A stretch of 64,000 bases of DNA. Origin: an uncultured Saprospiraceae bacterium (GTDB lineage: Bacteria; Bacteroidota; Bacteroidia; Chitinophagales; Saprospiraceae). A program made the position numbers and the translations under genes. Where the stretch lies: positions 1 through 64,000 of the forward strand of contig CALGNN010000087.1 in NCBI GenBank assembly GCA_937961455.1, written 5' to 3'. The notes beneath the pieces are model-generated. The model saw only the letters and a program-made list of their open reading frames with translations, was not told the origin of the DNA and did not search any database. Below are positions 30,497-41,099 of the stretch, piece after piece (within the stretch, counting starts at the first letter, position 1; each line of letters starts with the position of its first letter).

Positions 30497-31470
30497 TAAA
30501 TTTTACTTATATGGGAAAGAGGTGTCAAACTATAACCTTCTTTTTGCAGCAATTTGATGACGCCATTGGGTCCACCTAAGTGGCCTGCACCTACAGCAAA
30601 AAAGGTTGCTTTTTTATTCATCATTTCAGCCATGATGGGTATCCAGTTTCGATTTCTTTGTGTCACAAGAATATCTTCAAATTCTGCTGTGCCTTCTTCT
30701 TCTTCAAGCATCATTTCATACATTCCATTGATGTCTTGATTTTTGTACATATCCACCATCATTTTAAACATGTCTTCTTCTCCTTCCTCTCCCGAACCCT
30801 TGATAGTTTCGACTAGCATTTGTGCCTGATCTGCGTATGGGATGCTATCAAATAGTCCAATTTGATATTCAATCGTCTCTAAGCCATGAGATTTCAAGTC
30901 CCTTTCTTGAGCCTTCTCATACAATTGCATTTCATAAGAAAGCATTTCTCCTGATTGCATAGCCATTGGATCGATATCATCAGAGGCAAAAACTGTAAGA
31001 AACATGGGTTTTATTTTTTCGACAAAAAGCATGGGTAATCCCATACCATCGAAATGATCTTTTACAATCTTGTAATCTTCTTCACTTAATAAGTCACTTA
31101 GGGTCTGGCCATCTTTCATTATGGCTTTTGTGAGCATACCCATTTGTTTGCCAATATTATTCATATCGTCCATATCAATTTCGAAAGCCATTTGCTCAGA
31201 TTGATTAACAGATTCTAAGGTGTTTTCAGGGTAGAAAAAATCATCCTTATCAATTATATGAATGGTACCATATAAAAAAGAGGGTTTTTCAATCCCATTT
31301 CCTTCAATTTTCCATAGCAAAGCATTTACTAATGCTTCATTTTCAATAGTGGCTTTTTGATCATTAGAAAGCACGGCTTGTGTCGTATCTGCCGTAGACT
31401 TACATTGGACAAAAAATAGGGCTAAGAATATGCTTAACACTCCAAAAATGTATCTTATACCTTGATTCAT
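30496..31470 (-). CDS. TraB/GumN-family protein
   Basis: Signal peptide. LLWKIEGNGIEKPSFLYGTIH is the hallmark TraB/GumN N-terminal motif. Confidence 0.6.
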   Translation of the reverse strand: MNQGIRYIFGVLSIFLALFFVQCKSTADTTQAVLSNDQKATIENEALVNALLWKIEGNGIEKPSFLYGTIHIIDKDDFFYPENTLESVNQSEQMAFEIDMDDMNNIGKQMGMLTKAIMKDGQTLSDLLSEEDYKIVKDHFDGMGLPMLFVEKIKPMFLTVFASDDIDPMAMQSGEMLSYEMQLYEKAQERDLKSHGLETIEYQIGLFDSIPYADQAQMLVETIKGSGEEGEEDMFKMMVDMYKNQDINGMYEMMLEEEEGTAEFEDILVTQRNRNWIPIMAEMMNKKATFFAVGAGHLGGPNGVIKLLQKEGYSLTPLSHISKI

Positions 31471-31498
31471 ATTATTACAATTACTTATTACAAACGCA

Positions 31499-32251
31499 TT
31501 ATTTTAAACTACGTTGTCTTTGTACTTCATATAAAATTATCCCCGCGGCAACAGAAGCGTTTAATGAGTCCGTTTTTCCTACTTGAGGTATAGAAACTTC
31601 AATATCACTAAGACTTATTAATGAGGGATGAATTCCTTTATCTTCAGAACCAATAATCAAACACATCGGTTCATTCATATCAACAGAAATTATTGCATTT
31701 TCTGCTTTTAACACTGCTGAAACCATTTTAACTCCAGAACTTTGGAGGTACTTGGCCGTCATGTTTAAGCTTTTTACTCTTGAAATCGGTATTCTACTCA
31801 AAGCTCCTGCAGCGGCTTTATTACTTTTTTCATCTATAAGCGCCGAGCCCTTAAGTGGTATAATAATCACATCTGCACCAAATACTTCGGCAGATCTAGC
31901 AATCGCGCCAAAATTTCTTACATCCGTCACCCCATCCAACATAATGATCAAAGGGTTTTCTCCTTGATCAAATTTTCTAGAAACAATTTCTTCGAAAGGC
32001 TGATAATCAATCACAGCATTCAAAGCAATAACACCTTGATGATTGGCTCCCGTCAAGCCCATCAATTTCGCCTTAGGCACCAATTGTGTAGGAATATTTT
32101 GATTACTTGCTAATGGAAGTAACTCATCTAAAAATTCTTTTTGGATGCCTTTTTGGATAAAAATCTTTTCAATCGAAACTCCTTCAACAAGCGCATCGAT
32201 AATAGGCTTTCTGCCAACTATCAGATTTTTAAGTTTTTTTCTTTTATACAT
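31499..32251 (-). CDS. rlmB: SpoU/TrmH-family 23S rRNA 2'-O-methyltransferase (RlmB-like)
   Basis: 250 aa. SpoU motifs (LDGVTDVRNFGAIARSA, LIIGSEDKGI, SLNASVAAGIILYE). Confidence 0.75.
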   Translation of the reverse strand: MYKRKKLKNLIVGRKPIIDALVEGVSIEKIFIQKGIQKEFLDELLPLASNQNIPTQLVPKAKLMGLTGANHQGVIALNAVIDYQPFEEIVSRKFDQGENPLIIMLDGVTDVRNFGAIARSAEVFGADVIIIPLKGSALIDEKSNKAAAGALSRIPISRVKSLNMTAKYLQSSGVKMVSAVLKAENAIISVDMNEPMCLIIGSEDKGIHPSLISLSDIEVSIPQVGKTDSLNASVAAGIILYEVQRQRSLK

Positions 32252-32344
32252 AAGTAAAACAAAGGTCGGGAATTTAACTTATTCTTTTATTCACAATCAG
32301 TAATTATAAAAATTCTGTATTTTCAAGCTCCATAAAATTTAAAT

Positions 32345-35300
32345 ATGAAAAAGACTTTTCTATTAATAGCAATGTTTGTGTTAGCAAACAGCTACAATGT
32401 ATTTGCTCAGTTTGCGGATAAAACTGAGAAAGCCATAGAATTCGTAAAACTCCAAGCTCCTGAATATGATTTGGGTGTGGAGGATGTTTCTAATATTCTT
32501 GTAACAGATGCTTACGAGACGAAAAGAAATAATCGGTCCATGCTTCATGTCTATTTACAACAAGCCTATAATGGAGTCCCCATTGAATCGGGAAGAATAA
32601 ATATGGTAATAATGGATTCTGGTAAAAAAAGGATTCTTGCCAACAGTTTTGAAAAAGACTACCAATCAAAAATCGCCCTATCAAGTAATGATATTGGATT
32701 CGCCAAAGCACTTGATGTGTATACAAAAGATCAAGGCATTCAAGGAATCCAAATGGCTGATAGAAAACAAAGAACTGGATATTCACTAATAATTAAAAAT
32801 GATGAGCAACTGCTTCAAGATATTTATGCTATTAAAAGCTATATCAAAAATGATGCGGGTGAATTCATTCTTGTTTATAGAATTTCTGCGCTTAAGAAGA
32901 AAAACGCTGATGCTTGGGAATTGACTATCGATGCAAGTAGTGGAAACATTATAAATAGAAAGAGTAATACTTTGCACTGTAATTATCAAACAGATCATAG
33001 TTTATCTCAAGCATGTGTTGAAGATCATTCACATGCAATTCCTTCTATGCTAGCAGGAGAAAGCTATAAAGCTTTAGTATTTCCAATTAGTAATCCTTTA
33101 ATGGGTGCAATGGAAGTAGTAACAGAACCTGCTGATCCTATTTCTTCTCCTTTCGGCTGGCATGATGACGACTTAGATGGAGTAGATGATTATACCGTTA
33201 CAAGAGGTAATAATATTAACGCTGGAGCTGATAAGAATGGAGATGATATCATAGACAATGGTGGACAACCAGATGGTGGAACAGAATTGCAATTTGATTT
33301 TCCAGTAGATTTCAGTTTAAACCCAGAGAATTATCTAGAAGCCTCAACTGTAAATTTATTTTATGCTTCTAATTATTTTCATGATTTCATGTATGCATAT
33401 GGTTGGGATGAGCCAGGAGGAAATTATCAACAAACACACCATACAAATACCGGTGGAGTTGCGGGTGACTTAGTTTTGACTTTATCGCACCAAGGTATCG
33501 ATATTGGTTCTTTAAATAATGCCAACTTTTCTCCATCTGTGGATGGCGTTAGAGGTGTTATGAGAATGTTTTTATGGGGTTCTACTCCTTCAGATGTTGT
33601 ATCGATCACATCACCTGCAGGAATTGCTGGAACTTATGATGGCGGTACAGCTACTTATGGAGCTGCAGTAACTGACATACCAGTAGTTGGGGAATTAGAT
33701 ATCGTGAGTGATGAATCAGAATTTCCTTCTCAAGGGTGTAATCCTTTAGTGAATGATTTAACAGGAAAAATTGCCCTTGTAGATCGAGGAGGATGTTTCT
33801 TTGCTCAAAAGTCTGCTCATGCAGAGGATGCTGGAGCGATTGGTGTTATCATTTGTAATTTTGAAAATGCTTACCTAGATCCTGCACCAGATACTGATGG
33901 TATATGGGCTGCTCAAGTAACCATTCCAACTGTAATGTTGCCAAAAGAAGATTGTGATAAATTTAGAGTTGCATTGAGTTCCGGACCTGTTACTGCTTCA
34001 ATAGGATTACCTAATGCGGATGATACGGAGCAACTAGATGGATCATTAGATAATGGTGTGGTAATTCATGAATATACACATGGTCTTAGTAATAGACTTG
34101 TTGGAGGACCAAGTACCACTTGTCTTGGAAGTGCAGAGCAAATGGGAGAAGGATGGAGTGATTTTTATGCACTTGCTACTTCAGTAAGAGAAGGAGATAC
34201 AGGACCTATGAAAAAAGGAATTGGCGTTTACGTATCAAAGCAAAATTTAGATGGACCTGGAATTAGAGGCTTCCCTTATTCAACTGATATGGAAGTCAAT
34301 CCATGGACTTACAATGATATTAGTGGAGAAGGTGTACATGCCGTTGGAGCAGTATGGTGTCAAATGTTGTGGGAGATGTATTGGGCATTGGTTGAAAAAT
34401 ATGGATTTGATAGTGACTTAGTATATGGAACTGGAGGAAATAATATTGCAGTTGATTTAGTAACAACTGGAATGAAGTTTACGAGTTGCAATCCTAGTTT
34501 TGAAGATGGTAGAGATGCCATTTTATTTGTGGATGAAGAAATGTATGGTGGAGAGAATGAAGAATTGATCTGGGCTGCTTTTGCCAAAAGAGGTTTAGGT
34601 TGGAGCTCTGACTCTGGAGATGCTAACAATACTTCAGATGGTACAGAAGGATTTGATTTACCTCCATATATCGTTAAAGAAATCGTTGTTACAAAATCTG
34701 TGACTGAAGAGATTGTCGCAGGACAAGAAATTCAAGTTGATATTTCAGTTACCAACTGGAAAGATGATCCCATTACCAATGTGATCATCTCAGATGACTT
34801 TGTCGATGGATTAGGATTTACTGAAGAATTATCTGGACCTGGAAATGCAGATGTAAGCGCAAACTCTGTTAGCTGGACCATACCATCTATGGAGAGTTTA
34901 GAGACGATAAATATCAGTTATACATTGAATACTGATGAGTCTACTTATTCTACAAGAAATATCTTCGATAATTTTGAAGATGGTGAGTCTGATTGGGAAG
35001 ATGCATGGGAATTGATTGACTTAGCAGGTCTTTCACCTTGGTCCTATACTGATGAAAGAGCCTTTAGTGGTTCCAACAGTGCTGGAATCCAAAACTTAGC
35101 AACCGAAGAAGATCAGGTCATGCAATCCATAGACTATTTTACTGTCCCAGGAGACAATCCTTATCTTAAATTCCAACACTTTTATAGCACTGAACCAGGA
35201 GTTGATGGTGGTATCGTGCAAGTGCAAAGAGAAGGGTCAATCGTATGGGAGTATTTGGATCAAAAATTCATTAGAAACGGCTATCCGGGCATTGTACAAT

Positions 35301-35863
35301 ATGGAACATTTGTTATTCCATTTTTATATGCTTTTAATGGAGATTCTGGTGGATGGATTCCGTCATATGCTGATTTATCTGAATACAAAGGAGAAAAAGT
35401 AAAAGTCAGATTCAGATTTGCATCAGATGAAAATACTGCTGGTATTGGATGGTGGGTCGATGATTTTGAAATCCTAGACTTGTTTACTTACAATACAGAT
35501 GTTTGTGTAAATACTGCAGAAGGAGATACTAAGTGCGCCAACGGTGGAATCGCCGGAACAATCGTGCTTAATCCAAATCTTACGGACATAACAGATGTTG
35601 AAAATTTAGCCTTTGATATGAATCTATATCCGAATCCAGGTGATAATTATCTACAAGTAACTATTGCTTCTGATAAATCATTAGACGGAAACATTGAATT
35701 ATTTGATTCAAATGGAAGATTATTAATGGCCAAAAATAGAGAGCAAATTCAAAAAGGAAATACTTTCTTTGGTTTCAACACAGCAGCTTTAGCAAGTGGG
35801 ATGTACTACATCAAACTTACAAGCGGAAATGATTCTGTTGTTGAAAAATGGGTCAAAAGATAA
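32345..35863 (+). CDS. Secreted M36 (fungalysin-family) metalloprotease with a PA domain and a T9SS type-A C-terminal sorting domain
   Basis: 1172 aa. Signal peptide, FTP/PepSY-like propeptide, HEYTHGLSNRL zinc motif plus EGWSDF (fungalysin signature), PA-like insert (GKIALVDRGGCFF). The C-terminal region (LYPNPGDNYLQV...YYIKLTSGNDSVVEKWVKR) matches a T9SS CTD. Confidence 0.8.
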   Translation: MKKTFLLIAMFVLANSYNVFAQFADKTEKAIEFVKLQAPEYDLGVEDVSNILVTDAYETKRNNRSMLHVYLQQAYNGVPIESGRINMVIMDSGKKRILANSFEKDYQSKIALSSNDIGFAKALDVYTKDQGIQGIQMADRKQRTGYSLIIKNDEQLLQDIYAIKSYIKNDAGEFILVYRISALKKKNADAWELTIDASSGNIINRKSNTLHCNYQTDHSLSQACVEDHSHAIPSMLAGESYKALVFPISNPLMGAMEVVTEPADPISSPFGWHDDDLDGVDDYTVTRGNNINAGADKNGDDIIDNGGQPDGGTELQFDFPVDFSLNPENYLEASTVNLFYASNYFHDFMYAYGWDEPGGNYQQTHHTNTGGVAGDLVLTLSHQGIDIGSLNNANFSPSVDGVRGVMRMFLWGSTPSDVVSITSPAGIAGTYDGGTATYGAAVTDIPVVGELDIVSDESEFPSQGCNPLVNDLTGKIALVDRGGCFFAQKSAHAEDAGAIGVIICNFENAYLDPAPDTDGIWAAQVTIPTVMLPKEDCDKFRVALSSGPVTASIGLPNADDTEQLDGSLDNGVVIHEYTHGLSNRLVGGPSTTCLGSAEQMGEGWSDFYALATSVREGDTGPMKKGIGVYVSKQNLDGPGIRGFPYSTDMEVNPWTYNDISGEGVHAVGAVWCQMLWEMYWALVEKYGFDSDLVYGTGGNNIAVDLVTTGMKFTSCNPSFEDGRDAILFVDEEMYGGENEELIWAAFAKRGLGWSSDSGDANNTSDGTEGFDLPPYIVKEIVVTKSVTEEIVAGQEIQVDISVTNWKDDPITNVIISDDFVDGLGFTEELSGPGNADVSANSVSWTIPSMESLETINISYTLNTDESTYSTRNIFDNFEDGESDWEDAWELIDLAGLSPWSYTDERAFSGSNSAGIQNLATEEDQVMQSIDYFTVPGDNPYLKFQHFYSTEPGVDGGIVQVQREGSIVWEYLDQKFIRNGYPGIVQYGTFVIPFLYAFNGDSGGWIPSYADLSEYKGEKVKVRFRFASDENTAGIGWWVDDFEILDLFTYNTDVCVNTAEGDTKCANGGIAGTIVLNPNLTDITDVENLAFDMNLYPNPGDNYLQVTIASDKSLDGNIELFDSNGRLLMAKNREQIQKGNTFFGFNTAALASGMYYIKLTSGNDSVVEKWVKR

Positions 35864-35880
35864 TAAGCTATAATAGCATT

Positions 35881-35924
35881 AAAAAAGCCTTGTTAATTAA
35901 GAAATTAGCAAGGCTTTTTTTTTA
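35881..35924. terminator. Bidirectional intrinsic terminator between convergent genes
   Basis: Stem AAGCCTTG / CAAGGCTT with a 16-nt loop, flanked by an A-run (35881-86) and a T-run (35917-24), so it works for both the + gene ending at 35863 and the - gene ending at 35943. Confidence 0.65.
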
Positions 35925-35942
35925 TGATTTATTTGAGAGATC

Positions 35943-37385
35943 TTATTCTTCTTCAGTCATTGCCTCTACTGCATCTTCAATTTTATCACCCACAACTTCA
36001 CCAATAGCCTTAACGGTATCGACTACATCTTTAAGTGATTCTGATAAGACGGCTCCAGCTGCGCCTAAAAGTGTTTCAGTAGTAGGCGCTTCTACTTTTT
36101 CTTGTTTTTGTTCTGCATCAGTTGTTTCATCCACTGGAGCTTCAGGATCTTTTGGCTCTATGGGTGCTTCTTCCTTTTTGGCTGGCTGCTTCTTTTTTGA
36201 TTTTAACTCGGAGGCTGCTTGTTCTAGTTTATCTTTATCAACATTCCTAGCTTCAGCATCTTCTTTAATTTGTGAAGCAATCTTTTCTTTGATCTCTCCC
36301 TCCTTTTCTACAATCTTAGCTTTTTCAGCTTTCTTTGCTTCTTTCTTTTTCTCTTGCTGCATTTTTGACTCAAGTTCTCCTTGTGTCTTTTTCATATCAG
36401 CTAATTTAATTTCTTTAGATTTTATACGCTCTTCCACCATCTTCAATTTTGCTTGGCGGATTTGCGTTTCTAACTGTCCATCTGATCGTTCTATTCTGGT
36501 ATCCTGAAATGCTTTCTCTTTACGATCTCGTTGGATAGATTTTTCCATTTTGCCGATGGCATTCATTAAGCCATCATAGCGCTTTTGTAAACGTGAACTT
36601 GCGTTAGAAGATTGATTACTTCCAGGACCGTATTTCTTTTCCTTGACAGTTTTGAAAGCTTTGTCAATTCTTTTCCAAATCTTTGATCTATCATCTTTTG
36701 TAAATGCAGTATCTCTAAATTGATTTTGCAGGTTTTTCAACTCTTCAAAAATTGGTCCTAGACCCAAACCCTCTGACACTCTCTTTTCAATATCATCTAG
36801 TTTTTCACTAAACTGTCCTACAAACTCAGAAGAAGACTTTTTGAAATCTTGATCCATCTTTCGACGGAATTGTTTCATTGCTCCAAAAAGATCATTCGTG
36901 CGACTTCTTAAGTCATCTGCATGATCTCTAAAAAGATTTTTTTCATGCACTTGCTCTTGTACTTTCGACCAAAATGTTTTTAGTGATTCCCAGGTTTCTC
37001 CATGAAATTCAGATAGACCCTCAATCTTCTCTTTAAATTCATCTAGTTCATTATGATACAATTGGCTTAGCTTGGTAGAAAGCACAATGAAATGCCATTC
37101 TGTTTGAGCTCTTTGGATTAAATCGCCTTGATCAACTTTAATATCAATGGGTAAAATGCTTTCTGCTACACTGAGTTCTCTTTCAACATGTTTATGTTCT
37201 TCAGGAAAAGAAACTTCTTTATCCTTGCGCCATTCATTCATTAAAAGATTGTAAAAAACTTCTGTTGCATCTTTTTCTTTAAAGGTGTAGATGTCAACTT
37301 TATTTTCTTTTTCGCGGAGTGCAAGTGCTACTAAAATCTTTTGATCTTGTGCATCTTTGCCCCAAAGGACTAGTTTTTTTTTCAT
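35943..37385 (-). CDS. Hypothetical Lys/Glu-rich coiled-coil protein (possibly DUF349-like)
   Basis: 480 aa with no signal peptide. The N-terminal ~250 aa have repeated W/F-containing helical motifs (TWESLKTFWSKVQEQ, NLFRDHADDLRSRTNDLFGAMKQFRRKM). The C-terminal half is highly charged K/E coiled-coil. Confidence 0.45.
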   Translation of the reverse strand: MKKKLVLWGKDAQDQKILVALALREKENKVDIYTFKEKDATEVFYNLLMNEWRKDKEVSFPEEHKHVERELSVAESILPIDIKVDQGDLIQRAQTEWHFIVLSTKLSQLYHNELDEFKEKIEGLSEFHGETWESLKTFWSKVQEQVHEKNLFRDHADDLRSRTNDLFGAMKQFRRKMDQDFKKSSSEFVGQFSEKLDDIEKRVSEGLGLGPIFEELKNLQNQFRDTAFTKDDRSKIWKRIDKAFKTVKEKKYGPGSNQSSNASSRLQKRYDGLMNAIGKMEKSIQRDRKEKAFQDTRIERSDGQLETQIRQAKLKMVEERIKSKEIKLADMKKTQGELESKMQQEKKKEAKKAEKAKIVEKEGEIKEKIASQIKEDAEARNVDKDKLEQAASELKSKKKQPAKKEEAPIEPKDPEAPVDETTDAEQKQEKVEAPTTETLLGAAGAVLSESLKDVVDTVKAIGEVVGDKIEDAVEAMTEEE

Positions 37386-37432
37386 GTGTACGGCAGTTGT
37401 ATGTCTTCAATACTATGGTAAATTGCTTTTAT

Positions 37433-38431
37433 TTAAAGCATGTCTTCTTTCAATAGATACTCTGCAATCTGAATTGCATTGGTAGCTGCGCCTTTTCTTA
37501 GATTATCTGAAACAATCCACATATTGACGCTATTCTCTTGTGATTCATCCGCTCTGATTCTTCCCACAAAAACTTCATCTTTCCCTTTGGCAAATAATGG
37601 CATGGGATAAAGGTTATTATTCACATCGTCTAATACTTCAACGCCTGAAGTATGATTTAAGATGTCTTTTAACTCAGTTATTATTGGTTTTTTTTCAAAT
37701 TCTACATTTACCGTTTCACTATGACCTCCTACAACAGGTACTCTAACAGCGGTTGCGGTAATGCGTAAACTTTGATCTGAAAGTATTTTCCTCGTTTCAT
37801 GGACCAATTTCATTTCCTCTTTGGTGTAATCATTTTCAAGAAAAACATCACAATGAGGAAGGCAATTCTTAAAGATAGGATGTGGATAAGCCTGATCTTC
37901 TTGCTCAGGAGTAGTACCTGCGACTTCCTTATCAAACTGCCTAACAGCTTGTACTCCTGTACCCGTTATTGACTGGTATGTAGAGATCACCAATCTTTTA
38001 ATCTTATATTTCTCATGCAAAGGAGCCAAGGCCATGACCAATTGAATCGTAGAGCAATTAGGATTTGCAATAATTTTATCTGTCTTTTCTAAAGCACTCG
38101 CATTGATCTCTGGAACCACAAGTTTTTTATCTGGATCCATTCTCCAAGCTGAAGAATTATCGATGACTGTCGTTCCTACTTTGGCAAACTCAGGTGCCCA
38201 TTTTTTTGAGGTATTACCACCTGCCGAAAAAATGGCAATTGCAGGTTTATTTGCAATCGCTGATTCCATGCTTTGCACGACATAATCATTACCCTTACAA
38301 CTAACTGTTTTACCTACAGATTTTGCTGAGGCCACAGGTATTATTTCTGTGAAAGGAAAATTTCTTTCTGCTAAAATCTCCAACATTACGGTTCCTACCA
38401 TTCCGGTAGCTCCTACTACTGCTATCTTCAT
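37433..38431 (-). CDS. asd: Aspartate-semialdehyde dehydrogenase
   Basis: 332 aa. MKIAVVGATGMVG Rossmann N-terminus and catalytic-Cys region (NPNCSTIQL). Confidence 0.9.
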   Translation of the reverse strand: MKIAVVGATGMVGTVMLEILAERNFPFTEIIPVASAKSVGKTVSCKGNDYVVQSMESAIANKPAIAIFSAGGNTSKKWAPEFAKVGTTVIDNSSAWRMDPDKKLVVPEINASALEKTDKIIANPNCSTIQLVMALAPLHEKYKIKRLVISTYQSITGTGVQAVRQFDKEVAGTTPEQEDQAYPHPIFKNCLPHCDVFLENDYTKEEMKLVHETRKILSDQSLRITATAVRVPVVGGHSETVNVEFEKKPIITELKDILNHTSGVEVLDDVNNNLYPMPLFAKGKDEVFVGRIRADESQENSVNMWIVSDNLRKGAATNAIQIAEYLLKEDML

Positions 38432-38495
38432 TAAATTGATATTAATTCAGAGACAAATATATATTTCACATTCGCTTTATTAGTATTTTCACACT

Positions 38496-41099
38496 ATGAA
38501 ATATAAACTACTAAAACTACTTTATTTAACCCTTCTGAGCCAAATATGTTTTGCTCAAGTCTCTGATAATTTTTCAGATGGAGACTTTACAGCAAATCCG
38601 ACTTGGCTTGGAGATACTGATCAATTCATTGTCGAAGATCAGGTACTCAGACTGAATGCCCCTGAAGCGGGCACTTCTCAGCTGGTACTTGCTTCTGAAA
38701 GTTCAGATAGCACGATATGGGATTTTTATTTTCTAATGGATTTTAGTCCCTCTGCTTCTAATCAATTACAAATTTGGTTGAATGCTGATCAAGCTAACTT
38801 AGAACAAGCCAATGGCTATTATTTAGAAATTGGAGAATCTGGAAATACTGACCATTTAAATTTTTACAAAAAGGAAGATGGTCAAACTACAAAACTTTGG
38901 GAAGGGCCAGAAAGCACATTGGGAACAGAACCTGCCCTTGCAAGGATTCGGGTGGAGAGATATCCTAATGGCAGTTGGAATTTTTATACCAATTATACAG
39001 CAAGTGGACCCTTAACATTGGAAGGAACAATTTCAGACTTCAGCTTCCTATCGTCTTGTGCAAGTTTTTTTGGATTCCATTGTTCTTATACTGCTACTAG
39101 AGCTGACAAATTTTATTTTGATGACATTGTCATCCAAAGCTTCCTTACGGATAATGAAGGACCAGAATTATTGAATGTATCAGCGATTGATGAATTCGAA
39201 CTAGAATTAAAATTTTCTGAAATTCTAGATCTAAGTAATATTAATATTTTAGAAGCCATTCGTCTTGAACCTGGATCTATCGCACCTATTAGTGTAGCTG
39301 TTGATGTAGAAGATCAAAAAAATCTGCAAGTCCTTTTCGACAAGCCCTTAAATGGTGTTGAAGATTACAGCATTGCATTTATGGATCTTCAAGACCTTTG
39401 TGGCAATTTAAGCACAGATAATTTTCCATTTAAACTAGAGGGAATAAGCCAAGCGTCCTACGGTGCTATATTAATCAATGAAATATTTTCAGACATCTCC
39501 CCTTCTCTTGGAGTCATTCCAGCGGTAGAATGGATTGAAATTTATAACAACAGCTCCATGAGCTTCCAGCTCAATCAATATCAATTGATAGCTGACCCCA
39601 ATCCTGCGCTGTTTCCTGATTACCTTTTAGAAGCTGGAAACTATGTAATTATCTGTAGTGACGAGGATGTTGCTGCTTTAAGTCCATTTGGCGATGTGAT
39701 AGGTCTTGAAGATTTTCCAAATTTAAAAGATGATGGAGAGCTCATTCAACTCTTCAATAAAAATTTTGGACTCGTTCATGCTTATGAATATTCTAAGAAA
39801 TTATTCCCTTCTAATAAATCAGATGGTGGCTGGTCATTGGAGCGCATCGATACAGAAGAAGCCTGTGTCGAAATAGCTAATTGGGCCGCAAGTGTGGATT
39901 TGAGAGGAGGAACTCCAGGTACAGAAAATTCAGTATCAAGCGACCTTAGCACAGTTCCTAACTTTAAAGTTTTAAATGCATCATACATTTCTGAAAATGA
40001 GATTCAGTTGAATTTTTCAAAAGCACTTGGAGCAAGTTTTCTTGGAGATCTGGATATAGAAATTGACCCTAACTTGTCTATCGACGAAGCGATTCTCGAT
40101 CAAGATGACGCGGCGAAACTGCAAGTCACATTTACAGAAGAGATGGTAGATGGCATCGTCTATGAAACCAGTTTTAATTCTGAAGTTTATGATTGTGCTG
40201 GCAATGCTTTGAGCTTAAGTGATACCATAAAATTTGGTATACCCCAAGAAGTGGCGCCATTTGATATTGTGATCAATGAAATTTTATATCATCCTGCCAC
40301 TGGAGGAGTTGACTTTGTTGAATTGTATAATCGCTCAGAAAAAATCATTGCACTCAATGATTTACAATTGGCAAATCTTGACCCATTCAATCCAAAGATT
40401 GAAAATATTGAAAGTGAAAGATTGCTTTTGCCGAATGATTATTTGTTGATGAGTGAATTTCCTCCAGACATTAAAGAACGATATAATGTAAAAGATGAGG
40501 AGGCAATATTTGTCTTCGACTTACCAAGTTTTCCAACACAATCAGGAAATGTAAGTTTGTTGAAAAACCAATTAGTAGGTACAACTGTCATTGATAGCTT
40601 CAATTATCACGATGACTTGCATTACCAACTTCTTGACAAAACGCAAGGAATTTCGCTGGAAAGGATTAATTTTGACGTGCTTAGCAACGATGCCAATTGG
40701 CATTCAGCCGCTTCTTTGGCCGGTAATGCAACACCAGGATATAAAAATTCGCAGTTCAACAACGACCGTATTGCAACAAATGAGTTTATAAAGTTGAATT
40801 CAAAATCGTTTTCGCCAGATGGAGATGGATTTGAAGATTTTTTACTTATAGAATATGAGCTAGAAAAACCAGGATATACTGGAACGCTTACTATGTATGA
40901 TGCTGAGGGTCGGAAAATCAGAACCATTGTAAACAACGAATTGCTCGGCTTGACGGGCACAATTAAGTGGGATGGCATCACAAATGATGGAAATTCAGCT
41001 AAAATGGGCATTTATATTGTTGTATTTAGTGTCTTTCATGCAGATGGTGACGTCAAAAGAGCAAAGCAAACTTGCTATTTGGCAAAAATATTGGACTAA
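38496..41099 (+). CDS. Lamin-tail-domain (LTD) surface protein with two LTDs and a T9SS type-B (gliding-motility-associated) C-terminal domain
   Basis: Signal peptide. Two LTD signatures (ILINEIFSDISP...VEWIEIYNNS and IVINEILYHPATGGVDFVELYNRS). The C-terminal FSPDGDGFEDFLLIEY...YDAEGRKI...IKWDGITNDG...YIVVF matches a type-B CTD. Confidence 0.7.
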   Translation: MKYKLLKLLYLTLLSQICFAQVSDNFSDGDFTANPTWLGDTDQFIVEDQVLRLNAPEAGTSQLVLASESSDSTIWDFYFLMDFSPSASNQLQIWLNADQANLEQANGYYLEIGESGNTDHLNFYKKEDGQTTKLWEGPESTLGTEPALARIRVERYPNGSWNFYTNYTASGPLTLEGTISDFSFLSSCASFFGFHCSYTATRADKFYFDDIVIQSFLTDNEGPELLNVSAIDEFELELKFSEILDLSNINILEAIRLEPGSIAPISVAVDVEDQKNLQVLFDKPLNGVEDYSIAFMDLQDLCGNLSTDNFPFKLEGISQASYGAILINEIFSDISPSLGVIPAVEWIEIYNNSSMSFQLNQYQLIADPNPALFPDYLLEAGNYVIICSDEDVAALSPFGDVIGLEDFPNLKDDGELIQLFNKNFGLVHAYEYSKKLFPSNKSDGGWSLERIDTEEACVEIANWAASVDLRGGTPGTENSVSSDLSTVPNFKVLNASYISENEIQLNFSKALGASFLGDLDIEIDPNLSIDEAILDQDDAAKLQVTFTEEMVDGIVYETSFNSEVYDCAGNALSLSDTIKFGIPQEVAPFDIVINEILYHPATGGVDFVELYNRSEKIIALNDLQLANLDPFNPKIENIESERLLLPNDYLLMSEFPPDIKERYNVKDEEAIFVFDLPSFPTQSGNVSLLKNQLVGTTVIDSFNYHDDLHYQLLDKTQGISLERINFDVLSNDANWHSAASLAGNATPGYKNSQFNNDRIATNEFIKLNSKSFSPDGDGFEDFLLIEYELEKPGYTGTLTMYDAEGRKIRTIVNNELLGLTGTIKWDGITNDGNSAKMGIYIVVFSVFHADGDVKRAKQTCYLAKILD

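Noticed and set aside
35848-36507. 219-aa plus-strand ORF rich in Ser/Ala/Phe (…SSSVIASTASS…)
   Set aside because: It lies entirely antisense to the Lys/Glu-rich coiled-coil gene. It is a shadow ORF produced by the GAA/AAG-rich repetitive coding strand, and the low-complexity serine run is not protein-like.
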